Both the position numbers and the translations under genes were made by a program. From an uncultured delta proteobacterium (lineage in GTDB: Bacteria > Myxococcota > Myxococcia > Myxococcales > Anaeromyxobacteraceae), in contig CAVYBH010000008.1 of the NCBI GenBank assembly GCA_963766715.1, forward strand, positions 256,001 through 320,000: a stretch of 64,000 nt of DNA, in the 5' to 3' direction. This document shows positions 24,262 through 34,109 of this stretch, piece by piece; position 1 is the stretch's first letter; the number at the start of each line of letters is the position of its first letter. The notes below the pieces were generated by a model. It saw only the letters and a list, made by a program, of their open reading frames with translations. It made no database searches and was not told the origin of the DNA.

Positions 24262-25860
24262 CTACCGGTGCTCGGCGGCGAGGTCCGGGTGCTTCTCCAG
24301 GTACTCGGCGAAGGTCCCCGGGAAGTCGTTCACCGGCTCGCCCGCGCGCACGTGCCAGATCCGGGTGGCCGCCTCCTCGATGAGCTGCTGGTCGTGGGTC
24401 ACGAAGACGGCCGTGCCCTCGTAGCGCTTCAGCCCGTCGGAGAGCGCGGCGATGGCCTCGAGGTCGAGGTGGTTGGTGGGCTCGTCGAGGACCAGCACGT
24501 TGGGCCTGTCCATCATGAGCTTGGCCATGAGAAGCCGCACGGTCTCGCCGCCGGAGAGGGTGGCGGTGGGCTTCATGCGCTCCTCGCCGGAGAAGAGCAT
24601 CCGGCCCAGCAGGCCGGAGATCTCCTCGTTCGAGAGCTTGTCCTCCTGCTCGCGCAGCCAGCCGAAGGCGGTGGTCCCGGGGTGGATGAGCCCGGCGTGG
24701 TCCTGCGGCAGGTAGCCGGTGATGGCCTGGTGGCCCCACTTCACGGTGCCGGCGGAGGGCTCGAGCGCGCCGACCAGCAGCTTCACCAGCGTGGACTTGC
24801 CGGCGGCGTTCTTCCCGATGACGGCGATCTTCTCGCCCCGGGCGACGAGCGCCGTGAAGGGCTGGATCACCTCGTTGCCGTGGAAGCGCTTCTCCAGATC
24901 GCGGATCTCGATCGTCTGCTTCCCGCTCGGGGCCTTGGGCTCGAACTTGATGAACGGGGCCTGGATGTTCGACCGCTTCAGGTCCTCGAGGCGCAGCTTC
25001 TGGATCTGGGTCTTGCGGCTCTGGACCTGCGAGGCGCGGGTGCCGGCGGAGAAGCGGGCCACGAACTCCTGGAGCTGCTCGATCCGCTTCTTCTTCTCGG
25101 AGTTCTCCGACTCGATGCGGTTCCGGACCTCGCCCTTCTGCCGCACCATCCCGTCGTAGCCGCCGGTGTAGGTGATGATGGTCTCGTAGTCGATGTCGGC
25201 GATGTGCGTGCAGATGGCGTTCAGGAAGTGGCGGTCGTGGCTGATGGTGACGAGCACCCCCTCGTAGTCGCGGAGGAAGGTCTCCAGCCAGCGGATCGAG
25301 TCGAGGTCGAGGTTGTTGGTGGGCTCGTCGAGCAGCAGCCCCTGGGGCTTGCCGAAGAGGGCCTGGGCGAGCAGCACGCGCAGCTTGAGGCCGCCGGCCA
25401 GGCTCTTCATGGGCTGCTCGTGCCACCCGGTGCCGATGCCGAGCCCCTGGAGGAGCGCGGCCGCCTGGGCCTCGGCCTCGTAGCCGTCCTCCTCGGCGAT
25501 GATCCCCTCGAGCTCGGCCAGCTTGTGCCCGTCCTCCTCCGAGATGTCGGGCTGGGCCAGGATGTCGTCCTTCTCCTTCATCGCCTTCCAGAGGACGGCG
25601 TTGCCCATGAGCACCACGTCGATGACCCGGTCGCCCTCGTAGCGGAAGTGGTCCTGGCGCAGGATGCCGAGCCGCTTGGGCCGGTGGACGTGGCCGGTGT
25701 CCGAATCCTCGTCCCCGGAGAGGATCTTCATGAAGGTGGACTTGCCGGCGCCGTTGGGGCCGGTGAGCCCGTAGCGGCGACCCGGGGAGAACGTGACGTT
25801 CACGTCCTCGAACAGCTTCTTGGGGCCGAAGGCCTTGGTGACGTCCTGGACCGAGATCAT
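24262..25860 (-). CDS. ABC-F family ATP-binding protein (YbiT-like)
   Basis: Two ABC cassettes (GPNGAGKST / GKNAAGKST, LLDEPTN), no TM segments. Confidence 0.95.
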   Translation of the reverse strand: MISVQDVTKAFGPKKLFEDVNVTFSPGRRYGLTGPNGAGKSTFMKILSGDEDSDTGHVHRPKRLGILRQDHFRYEGDRVIDVVLMGNAVLWKAMKEKDDILAQPDISEEDGHKLAELEGIIAEEDGYEAEAQAAALLQGLGIGTGWHEQPMKSLAGGLKLRVLLAQALFGKPQGLLLDEPTNNLDLDSIRWLETFLRDYEGVLVTISHDRHFLNAICTHIADIDYETIITYTGGYDGMVRQKGEVRNRIESENSEKKKRIEQLQEFVARFSAGTRASQVQSRKTQIQKLRLEDLKRSNIQAPFIKFEPKAPSGKQTIEIRDLEKRFHGNEVIQPFTALVARGEKIAVIGKNAAGKSTLVKLLVGALEPSAGTVKWGHQAITGYLPQDHAGLIHPGTTAFGWLREQEDKLSNEEISGLLGRMLFSGEERMKPTATLSGGETVRLLMAKLMMDRPNVLVLDEPTNHLDLEAIAALSDGLKRYEGTAVFVTHDQQLIEEAATRIWHVRAGEPVNDFPGTFAEYLEKHPDLAAEHR

Positions 25861-25964
25861 GACGGGCGCCGATGTAACCCAAGTCCGCGTTTTTCGCGAG
25901 GGGTGAGGGTACCCCCCACCCCGGGTGCGCACCCGGAGCGCGACGGCCTTATGACCATCCGACG

Positions 25965-26468
25965 ATGGGAAAGGTGAAGGAGGTGCTCCGGCGGCGCGTG
26001 GCGGCCCCGGTCGTCCAGCAGCTCAAGCAGGGCGTGACGCCGGAGAAGCTGGCGCTGTCGCTCGCGCTCGGGGTGGTGGTGTCGGTGATGCCCATCCTGG
26101 GCATCACCACGATCTTCGCGCTCGCGCTGTCGGCTGCGCTGCGGCTCAACCACGCCGCGGTGGTGGCGGCGAACTACGCGGCCTATCCCCTGCAGATCGT
26201 CCTCTACGTCCCCTTCTTCCAGCTGGGCGCCTGGCTCACCCGGGGCCCGCCCGTCCCCTTCTCCCTTCCCCAGATCCGCGCCGAGCTCGCGGCCGGCATC
26301 TGGCCCACCGTCGTGAAGTACGCCGAGGCGAACGTCCGGGCCATGGCGGCCTGGGTCGCGCTGGCGCCGCTCGCCACCTGGATCCTCTTCCTCGTCCTCC
26401 GTCCGCTGCTCGCGAAGCTCCCCATTCCCCGGTCGGAGCCTGCGGTGAAGGAAACGGACCCGGCGTGA
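25965..26468 (+). CDS. DUF2062-domain membrane protein
   Basis: QGVTPEKLALSLALG, PILGITT, RLNHAA..ANY..YPLQ. Confidence 0.8.
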   Translation: MGKVKEVLRRRVAAPVVQQLKQGVTPEKLALSLALGVVVSVMPILGITTIFALALSAALRLNHAAVVAANYAAYPLQIVLYVPFFQLGAWLTRGPPVPFSLPQIRAELAAGIWPTVVKYAEANVRAMAAWVALAPLATWILFLVLRPLLAKLPIPRSEPAVKETDPA

Positions 26469-27418
26469 ACGAGCGCGGGCGAGAGCGCATCTTCGCGGCC
26501 TGCGCGCCGGGGCTCGAGCCGACGCTCGCCCGGGAGCTCGTGGCGCTCGGGCTGCGGGCGCGCGCCGTCGCGGGCGGCGTGGAGGCGGACGGCCAGGACG
26601 CCACCGCGGTCGCCTGCCTGGGCTCCCGCGCGGCGGACGCCGTGAAGGCCCGGCTCTGGGAAGGCCCGGCCGGCGGGACCGCCGCGGCCCGCCGCGAGCT
26701 CGCGAGGAGGCTTCCCGGCGTGGAGCTGGAGTCGCGCCGCGACGGGGAGCGGGCCACCCTCTCCGCGGACGCCTCCGGGGCGATGCTCTTCAAGCGGGGC
26801 TGGCGGGCCCGGGTCGGCGCGGCGCCGCTGCGCGAGAGCCTCGCGGCCGGCCTGCTCCTCGAGCTGGGCTTCGACGGCGCCCTGCCGCTCTTCGACCCCA
26901 TGTGCGGGTCGGGGACCATTCCCATCGAGGGCGCCCTGCTCTCGGCGCGCCGCGCGCCGGGGCTCGGGCGCACCTTCGCCTTCGAGGGCTGGCCGGGGCA
27001 CGACGCAGCCCGGACCGGGGCGGTGCGCGACCGGCTGGCGGCGCTCGCCCGCCCTCCCCCGGCTGCCGTGGTCGGCTGCGACCGGAACGGCGGCGCGGTG
27101 CGGCTCGCCACGAAGAACGCCGAGGCCGCGGGGATGGCGCCCTTCGTCCGCATCGAGCGGGCCGACGCGGGCGACGTCGTCCCGCCCGCGGGGCCGGGCT
27201 TCTGCCTCGTGAACCCGCCCTACGGCGTCCGACTCGACCGCGAGGTCGAGGAGTCCTGGCGCGCGCTCGGCCGGCTCATCGGCCGGCTCGGCGGATGGAC
27301 GGTGGGCGTGCTCGCCTTCGACCCGGCGCCCGCCCGGCTGCTCCCGGGGACGCCGGCCCGGACGCTCGACGTCCAGAACGGCGGCCTGCGCTGCCGGTTC
27401 CTGGTCTACCGCACATGA
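26465..27418 (+). CDS. RlmL-like (UPF0020) RNA methyltransferase with reduced THUMP region
   Basis: ACAPGLE, APLRESLAAGLL, DPMCGSGTIPIE, NPPYG. Confidence 0.85.
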   Translation: MNERGRERIFAACAPGLEPTLARELVALGLRARAVAGGVEADGQDATAVACLGSRAADAVKARLWEGPAGGTAAARRELARRLPGVELESRRDGERATLSADASGAMLFKRGWRARVGAAPLRESLAAGLLLELGFDGALPLFDPMCGSGTIPIEGALLSARRAPGLGRTFAFEGWPGHDAARTGAVRDRLAALARPPPAAVVGCDRNGGAVRLATKNAEAAGMAPFVRIERADAGDVVPPAGPGFCLVNPPYGVRLDREVEESWRALGRLIGRLGGWTVGVLAFDPAPARLLPGTPARTLDVQNGGLRCRFLVYRT

Positions 27419-27457
27419 AAGCCAACGAAATCACTGAGGATTCCGGACGGCGACGCC

Positions 27458-27495
27458 GTCACCAGGATGTGACCTGGCCTACACACGCCGGTGAC
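27458..27495. promoter_or_regulatory. 11-bp-period repeats (GTCAC/GTGAC/TACAC/GTGAC), Pho-box-like
   Basis: Pentamers at 27458, 27469, 27480 and 27491 upstream of the PAP2 gene. Confidence 0.4.
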
Positions 27496-27506
27496 AGTCG
27501 CTCGGC

Positions 27507-28148
27507 ATGATGCCTCCCGTGAGTGACCTGCGCGACACCGCCCCGATGTCCCTGACCGCTTCGGCGGAAGGGACCGACGCCTCCGGGATCCCGGCAGTGC
27601 CGGAGCTCTCCAGGCAGGTGGGCCGGCTCGCCAGGCTCCTCGCAATCGACGAGCGGCTCCTCGTCGCCGCGCGCCGGCTCCACGGTCCGTGGCGCACGGC
27701 GGTGGCGAGGGCGCTCACCCGGGCCGGCAACACGTCGTCCTGGACCCTCGCCTGCCTGGTCCTGCTCGTGGCCGGCGGACCCTTCACCGTCCTGGGCGCA
27801 CGGCTCGCCGCCGCCACGCTGCTCGGGACACTCTTCTCGCAGGCCCTGAAGCGCTCGCTCCACCGCCCGCGCCCCACCTCGGCCATCCAAGGGTTCGAGG
27901 CGCTGGCCGAGAACCCCGACCGCTTCTCCTTCCCGTCCGGCCACACCACGGCCGCCTTCGCCGCCGCGGTGGCGCTGGCCGGCGCTCCGTTCGGCATCGG
28001 GCCGGCCGCGCTCGTCCTGGCCGTGGGCATCGGGCTGTCGCGGGTGTACCTGGGCGCCCACTACCCGCTCGACGTCGCGGTGGGCGTGGCCCTGGGCAGC
28101 ACCGCCGGCGCGCTGGCGCGCCTCGGTCTCGGGCTCCTCGGCCTCTAG
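27507..28148 (+). CDS. PAP2 family phosphatase
   Basis: K...RPRP, SFPSGH, SRVYLGAHYPLDV. Confidence 0.92.
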   Translation: MMPPVSDLRDTAPMSLTASAEGTDASGIPAVPELSRQVGRLARLLAIDERLLVAARRLHGPWRTAVARALTRAGNTSSWTLACLVLLVAGGPFTVLGARLAAATLLGTLFSQALKRSLHRPRPTSAIQGFEALAENPDRFSFPSGHTTAAFAAAVALAGAPFGIGPAALVLAVGIGLSRVYLGAHYPLDVAVGVALGSTAGALARLGLGLLGL

Positions 28149-29945
28149 CCCTGGTTCTGCACCTGGTCCTGACCTTGGCCCTGGTCCTGCCCGGGCCGCG
28201 CCGGCTCGTACTCGTCCTCGGCCTCGACCCGCACCTCGACCTCGAGCTTCTCCCCGCCCCCGCCCACGAAGAGCGTCCCGGAGGTGGGGGTGGCGTCGCG
28301 GTAGCTGCGTCCGACCGCGACCCGCACGTGGTCGGTCTGGGTGAGGATGCCGTTGGTGGGATCGAAGCCCTTCCAGCCCACCTCGGGCAGGAAGACCTGC
28401 GCCCAGGCGTGTGAGGCCTCGGCCTGCCGCTGGTTGGGGTTCTTGGGGCCGGTCCAGAGGTAGCCGCACACGTAGCGCGCCGGGAGCCCGAGCAGCCGGG
28501 CCAGGCACATGAAGAGGTTGGTGAAGTCCTGGCAGACGCCGCGGCGGTTCGAGTAGACCTCGAAGGGCGTGGTGAAGACCGTCGTTGCACCCGGAGTGTA
28601 CTTGTACTCCCGGAAGATCGACTGGTTCACGTCGAGCAGCGTGTCGACGAGGTCGAAGTCGTTGCGCACCGCGAAGCTCATGGCGTACTCGCTGAGCTCC
28701 CGCAGCTCCGACTCGGCCAGCTCGGGCGGCAGCAGGAAGGGCTGCAGGACTTGCTGGTGCCAGGGCATCCACACCACCGGGATCTGGGCCCGCTGGTGGA
28801 GCGGCTTGTAGGAGAGCGGATCGACGTCGAGCACCTCGACGCGCGAGGTGGAGGTGATGACCATCTCGTCGTAGGGCCGGTCGATCTCCATCCGGCGGGC
28901 CTGGTTCCCGAAGACGTCCTCGTAGTCCCGGTACTTCCCCCCCACCGAGACCTCGATGGCGTTCGAGATCAGCCGCTGGAGGCGGTCCTCGACGGGCACG
29001 AGCTTGAAGACGTGGGAGCTGCGCTCGACCGGATGGTCGTAGCGGTAGGAGGTCCGGTGGACCACGCGGAAGCGGCGCGGCTTGGCCCGGGCCGGGCGCG
29101 GCATCTGCCGGCGCTGCGTCCCGGGGAGCTTCGGATGGCCGCCCGGGATGACCCACGGCTCCACCACCTCGCGGACCGCTCCCTGCCGGAGGATGACCAG
29201 CTGGCCGGGGGGCACCGCTCGCCACTCCTGGTCCTCGCCGTTCACCTGGAGCGGGTGCGAGCTGGCCACCACGCCCTTGCGGCTCTTCACGCCGCGCTTG
29301 CCCAGGTCGACCACCAGCTCCCCGTCGCCCAGCGTGAGCCGGTCGTAGGGCGGGAGCACCTCCCACAGCCAGATGCCCGCCGACTCCCGGTCGGCGTAGA
29401 CCGCCACGTCGTGCCCGTCGGTGAGCACGCAGGTGAGGTTGCCGTGGTCGTTCACCGACCCCAGCCACTCGAGGAGCGATGCGCGGGTCGGCCTCGCCGA
29501 TGCTCTTCCAGCCCCTCTCGGCGAAGCGGTTCATCAGCTCGCAGAAGATGAGCTCGGTGTCGGTGGCGCCCACCGGCTCGAACGGCGCGCCCGGCCGGAG
29601 CTCGAGCCGGTGGAGCAGCGAGCCGGCGTGCCCGAAGAGCCAGTCCCGGCGCCCCCAGGCCCGCAGGAAGGGCTGGGTGTTGGCGTCGGAGATGGCGCCC
29701 CAGGTGGCGCGCCGGACGTGGAGCAGGAAGATGGAGGACTCGAGGTGCTCCCAGGCCTTCACCAGCTCGGAGCGGATCGAGCCGCTGGGCGGCGCGGGCT
29801 CCTTGAGCACGGACGCGGCGGGCTCGCCGCCGGGGTAGTAGCCGATTCCCCAGCCGTCGGGCGGAATCTCTCCCTGGGACAGGCACCGGAGGTCGAAGGA
29901 GGGCGCGAGCTCGCCTTCGAAGGACATCGCGAGGAGGTTGGGCAT
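28145..29945 (-). CDS. Fusion of a class II glutamine amidotransferase-like (YafJ/EgtC) domain and a bacterial transglutaminase-like domain (frameshift near 29478)
   Basis: DGWGIGYY, HVRRAT, NTQPF, TDTE in the N-half; VVHRTSYRY, GVCQDF, SHAW, GFDPTN, GRSYRD in the C-half. Confidence 0.88.
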
Positions 29946-29958
29946 CGAGGGCGCAGGG

Positions 29959-30932
29959 TCACTGGGCCGACATCTCGGCCGCGGGTGCCGCAGCATACCC
30001 CAGGAGCTCGGTCCCGATGACGCCCGCGATCGCCGCGGTCTCGTCGACCACATGGGTGAGGAGCTCGTGCAGCCCGTTCACGTCGAAGTCCTTCTCCAGC
30101 GCCGCCACCCAGTTCGCCAGCCCCCGGAGCCGCTCCCAGCTCCGGATGCCCGGCAGCGACTCCTCCTCCGGCGGGCGGATCCGCTCGAGGCGGGAGACCG
30201 CGGCGCGCAGCGAGAACCGCACCGAGCGGGGGAAGATCGGGTCGACCACCAGGAAGCGGGCCACCGCGGCCGGGCTCACCCGCCCCCGGTGCACCTTCAT
30301 GAAGGGCTCGAAGCCCGAGCAGGCGCGCAGGAGCGCCAGCCACAGCGCGGTCTCGATGACCTCGTGCGACCCCAGCGCCTGGAAGGCGTGGTGGTGCACG
30401 TCGAGGATCCGGGAGGTCTGGCCGGTGCGCTCGAGCATCGTGCCGAGGAGCATGAAGTGCATGGCGTCGTCGAAGAGCATGGTCCCCCGGACGATGCCCT
30501 GCAGCGACTGCATCGAGGTGCGGATCCGCCGGTAGAAGGCGTGCCGGTCCTCGCGCCACTCGACGCGGGCCCGGGGGCTCCCGGCCCAGAGGTAGATGGC
30601 GTTCAGGGCCTCCCAGGTCTCCAGGCTCACCACCTCCCGGATGGACCGGGCGTTGTCGCGGGCCGCGGCGAGCGAGCAGGTGATGGAGCTGGGGTTCTGG
30701 TCGTCCCAGGTCATGTAGTCCTGGATGCGCTCGCCGTCGTCGGGACGTCCCTGGCCTGCCTCCGCGTAGCGCTCCTGCTCGCCCGAGACGATGATGACCG
30801 GCAGCCACACGTGGCGCGGGTTGAGCCCCACGTCGAGCGCCAGGTTGCGGGTCACGCCCAGGACGCGGGCGGTGGACTCGGCCCGCTCCAGGTAGCGCCC
30901 CAGCCAGAAGCAGTGATCGGCGACGCGGGAGA

Positions 30933-30936
<4 letters not shown>
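29959..30936 (-). CDS. Alpha-E domain protein (DUF403)
   Basis: MISRVADHCFWLGRYLERAE, ARDNARSIRE, LERTGQT, FPRSV. Confidence 0.93.
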
Positions 30937-32403
<1,467 letters not shown>

Positions 32404-32422
32404 GGGGTGGCTCCGGCGTCGT

Positions 32423-34108
32423 TCAGGTGGGCAGCGCCGCCGGAAGGCGGCGGAGATCGAGGGTGAGGCGCGCCGACGGCGCGCGAAGCGGGTTGCGGAA
32501 CCGGACCGGGCGGATCACCACCCGCTCGCGCCGCCGTCCTTCGGCCTCGGCCGGGTCGGCCGGGAGCGTCTCGTAGGCGCCTCCCCCCGGCTTCCAGCCG
32601 TGCAGCTCGACACGGACCGCCTCCCCGCGCCGCTCCCACTCGACGACGAGCGGGTCGTGCGGGCCCAGCCCCGGATGCAGGCCCGGACTGGGCGCGAAGG
32701 CGCGGTAGCGGACGGCGCCCACGTGGAGCGGCCCGCCGGCGGCCTCGAGCGTCAGCTCCACGCCCTGGGCGGCGACCCGCCCCGGGACGGTGCCGGGCGA
32801 GTTCACGAGGACCTCGATCCGCTCCGAGCTCGAGTCGACGATCCGGGCGGTGGACTCCTCCTGGGAGGCCACGTCGCCGACGAGCGGCCAGAAGTCCACG
32901 GCCCGGCGGAGCACGAGCGTCGCGCCGGCGAGCTCCACGCGGGCGATCTCCGGCGGCCCGGAGACGAGCGCGCCCTCCAGGTGGCGCCCCAGCCCGAGCC
33001 CGTGGCTCGCCAGGTCGTCGAGCACGCTCCTCAGATCCTGCCCGAGCCAGTGCGGCAGGGAGGCGCGATCGTGCAGCTCCGGGCCCCAGTCGAGGAGCGG
33101 CTCCTCGGTCGGGTCGCGCACGAGGCGGGCCGCGATGGCCCGGAAGAGCGCGCCCAGCGCCAGCAGCCGCTCCGGCGAGGCCGGCATGCCCAGCGACCGC
33201 AGCTCGACGACGCCCATCTTGCCCCGCCCCGGGATGTGGGGGTTCCAGAGCTTCTCGACGTTCACCTCGGCCCGGTGCGAGTTGCCCGAGGCGTCGACGA
33301 GGAGCGGCGCGAGCGAGGCCCAGAGCTCCTCCGCGCCCACCGAGCCGCGCTGCGCCAGCCGATCGAGCGCCACGCCCAGCTCGTCGAAGCGCTCGCGCAC
33401 CCCCTCGTCCGGCCGCGGCCCCTGGCCCGCGCTGCCCACGCACTCCGGGGCGAAGGCGTAGGAGAGCGACGGGTGGTGGTTCAGGTAGCGCACGAGCGAC
33501 GGGAGGAGGCGGGGGTGCAGGAAGAACGGGCTCTGCTCCGGCGTCGGTCCGCCCAGGGTGAGCTGGCCGCCGCCACCCGAGTCGCCGGCGTGGCCGTTCC
33601 AGCGGAAGCGCTCCGGCGAGAGGCCGGCCTCGGCCGCGGCGGCGTAGACGGCCTCGACGTGGGCGGCGAAGGTGGCGAGGTCCGGGGCCGGCGCCAGGTT
33701 CACCTCGACCACCGCCGGATCGGGGCACACCGTGAGCCAGCGCTCCTCGCCGGAGGCCTCGGGGCGCGGCCGGGGCGGTCCTTCCAGGCCCGATTCGTCG
33801 ACCTCGCCCGCCTTCCCGGCGTTCCCCGGGAGGTAGAGCGCGCCCAGGCAGAACCGGGCCTCCTCCTCTCCCGGGTAGCGGCGCCCCTCCGTCCGCAGCA
33901 GGCGCGCGCTCGCGCCCAGGCGGCGGGCCAGCGCCCGGAGCAGGGCCGTCGCCCGCTCCTCCTTGTCGCCTCCCTCCGCCTTCCACAGCCAGTGCGGGTC
34001 CTGCGAGGCGCGGTCGGTGAAGGTGGGCTCCGCCCCCAGCCAGATCCCGAGCCCCGCGGCGCGGAGCGCCTCGTCCTGGGCCCGGCATTCGGCGAGGAGC
34101 TCCTTCAC
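32423..34108 (-). CDS. DUF2126-type putative amidoligase (stand-alone paralog)
   Basis: GAEPTF, PDPAVVEVN, GGGGQLTLGG, HPSLSY, GNSHRAE, GVVELR. Confidence 0.85.
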   Translation of the reverse strand: MKELLAECRAQDEALRAAGLGIWLGAEPTFTDRASQDPHWLWKAEGGDKEERATALLRALARRLGASARLLRTEGRRYPGEEEARFCLGALYLPGNAGKAGEVDESGLEGPPRPRPEASGEERWLTVCPDPAVVEVNLAPAPDLATFAAHVEAVYAAAAEAGLSPERFRWNGHAGDSGGGGQLTLGGPTPEQSPFFLHPRLLPSLVRYLNHHPSLSYAFAPECVGSAGQGPRPDEGVRERFDELGVALDRLAQRGSVGAEELWASLAPLLVDASGNSHRAEVNVEKLWNPHIPGRGKMGVVELRSLGMPASPERLLALGALFRAIAARLVRDPTEEPLLDWGPELHDRASLPHWLGQDLRSVLDDLASHGLGLGRHLEGALVSGPPEIARVELAGATLVLRRAVDFWPLVGDVASQEESTARIVDSSSERIEVLVNSPGTVPGRVAAQGVELTLEAAGGPLHVGAVRYRAFAPSPGLHPGLGPHDPLVVEWERRGEAVRVELHGWKPGGGAYETLPADPAEAEGRRRERVVIRPVRFRNPLRAPSARLTLDLRRLPAALPT

Positions 34109-34109
34109 G

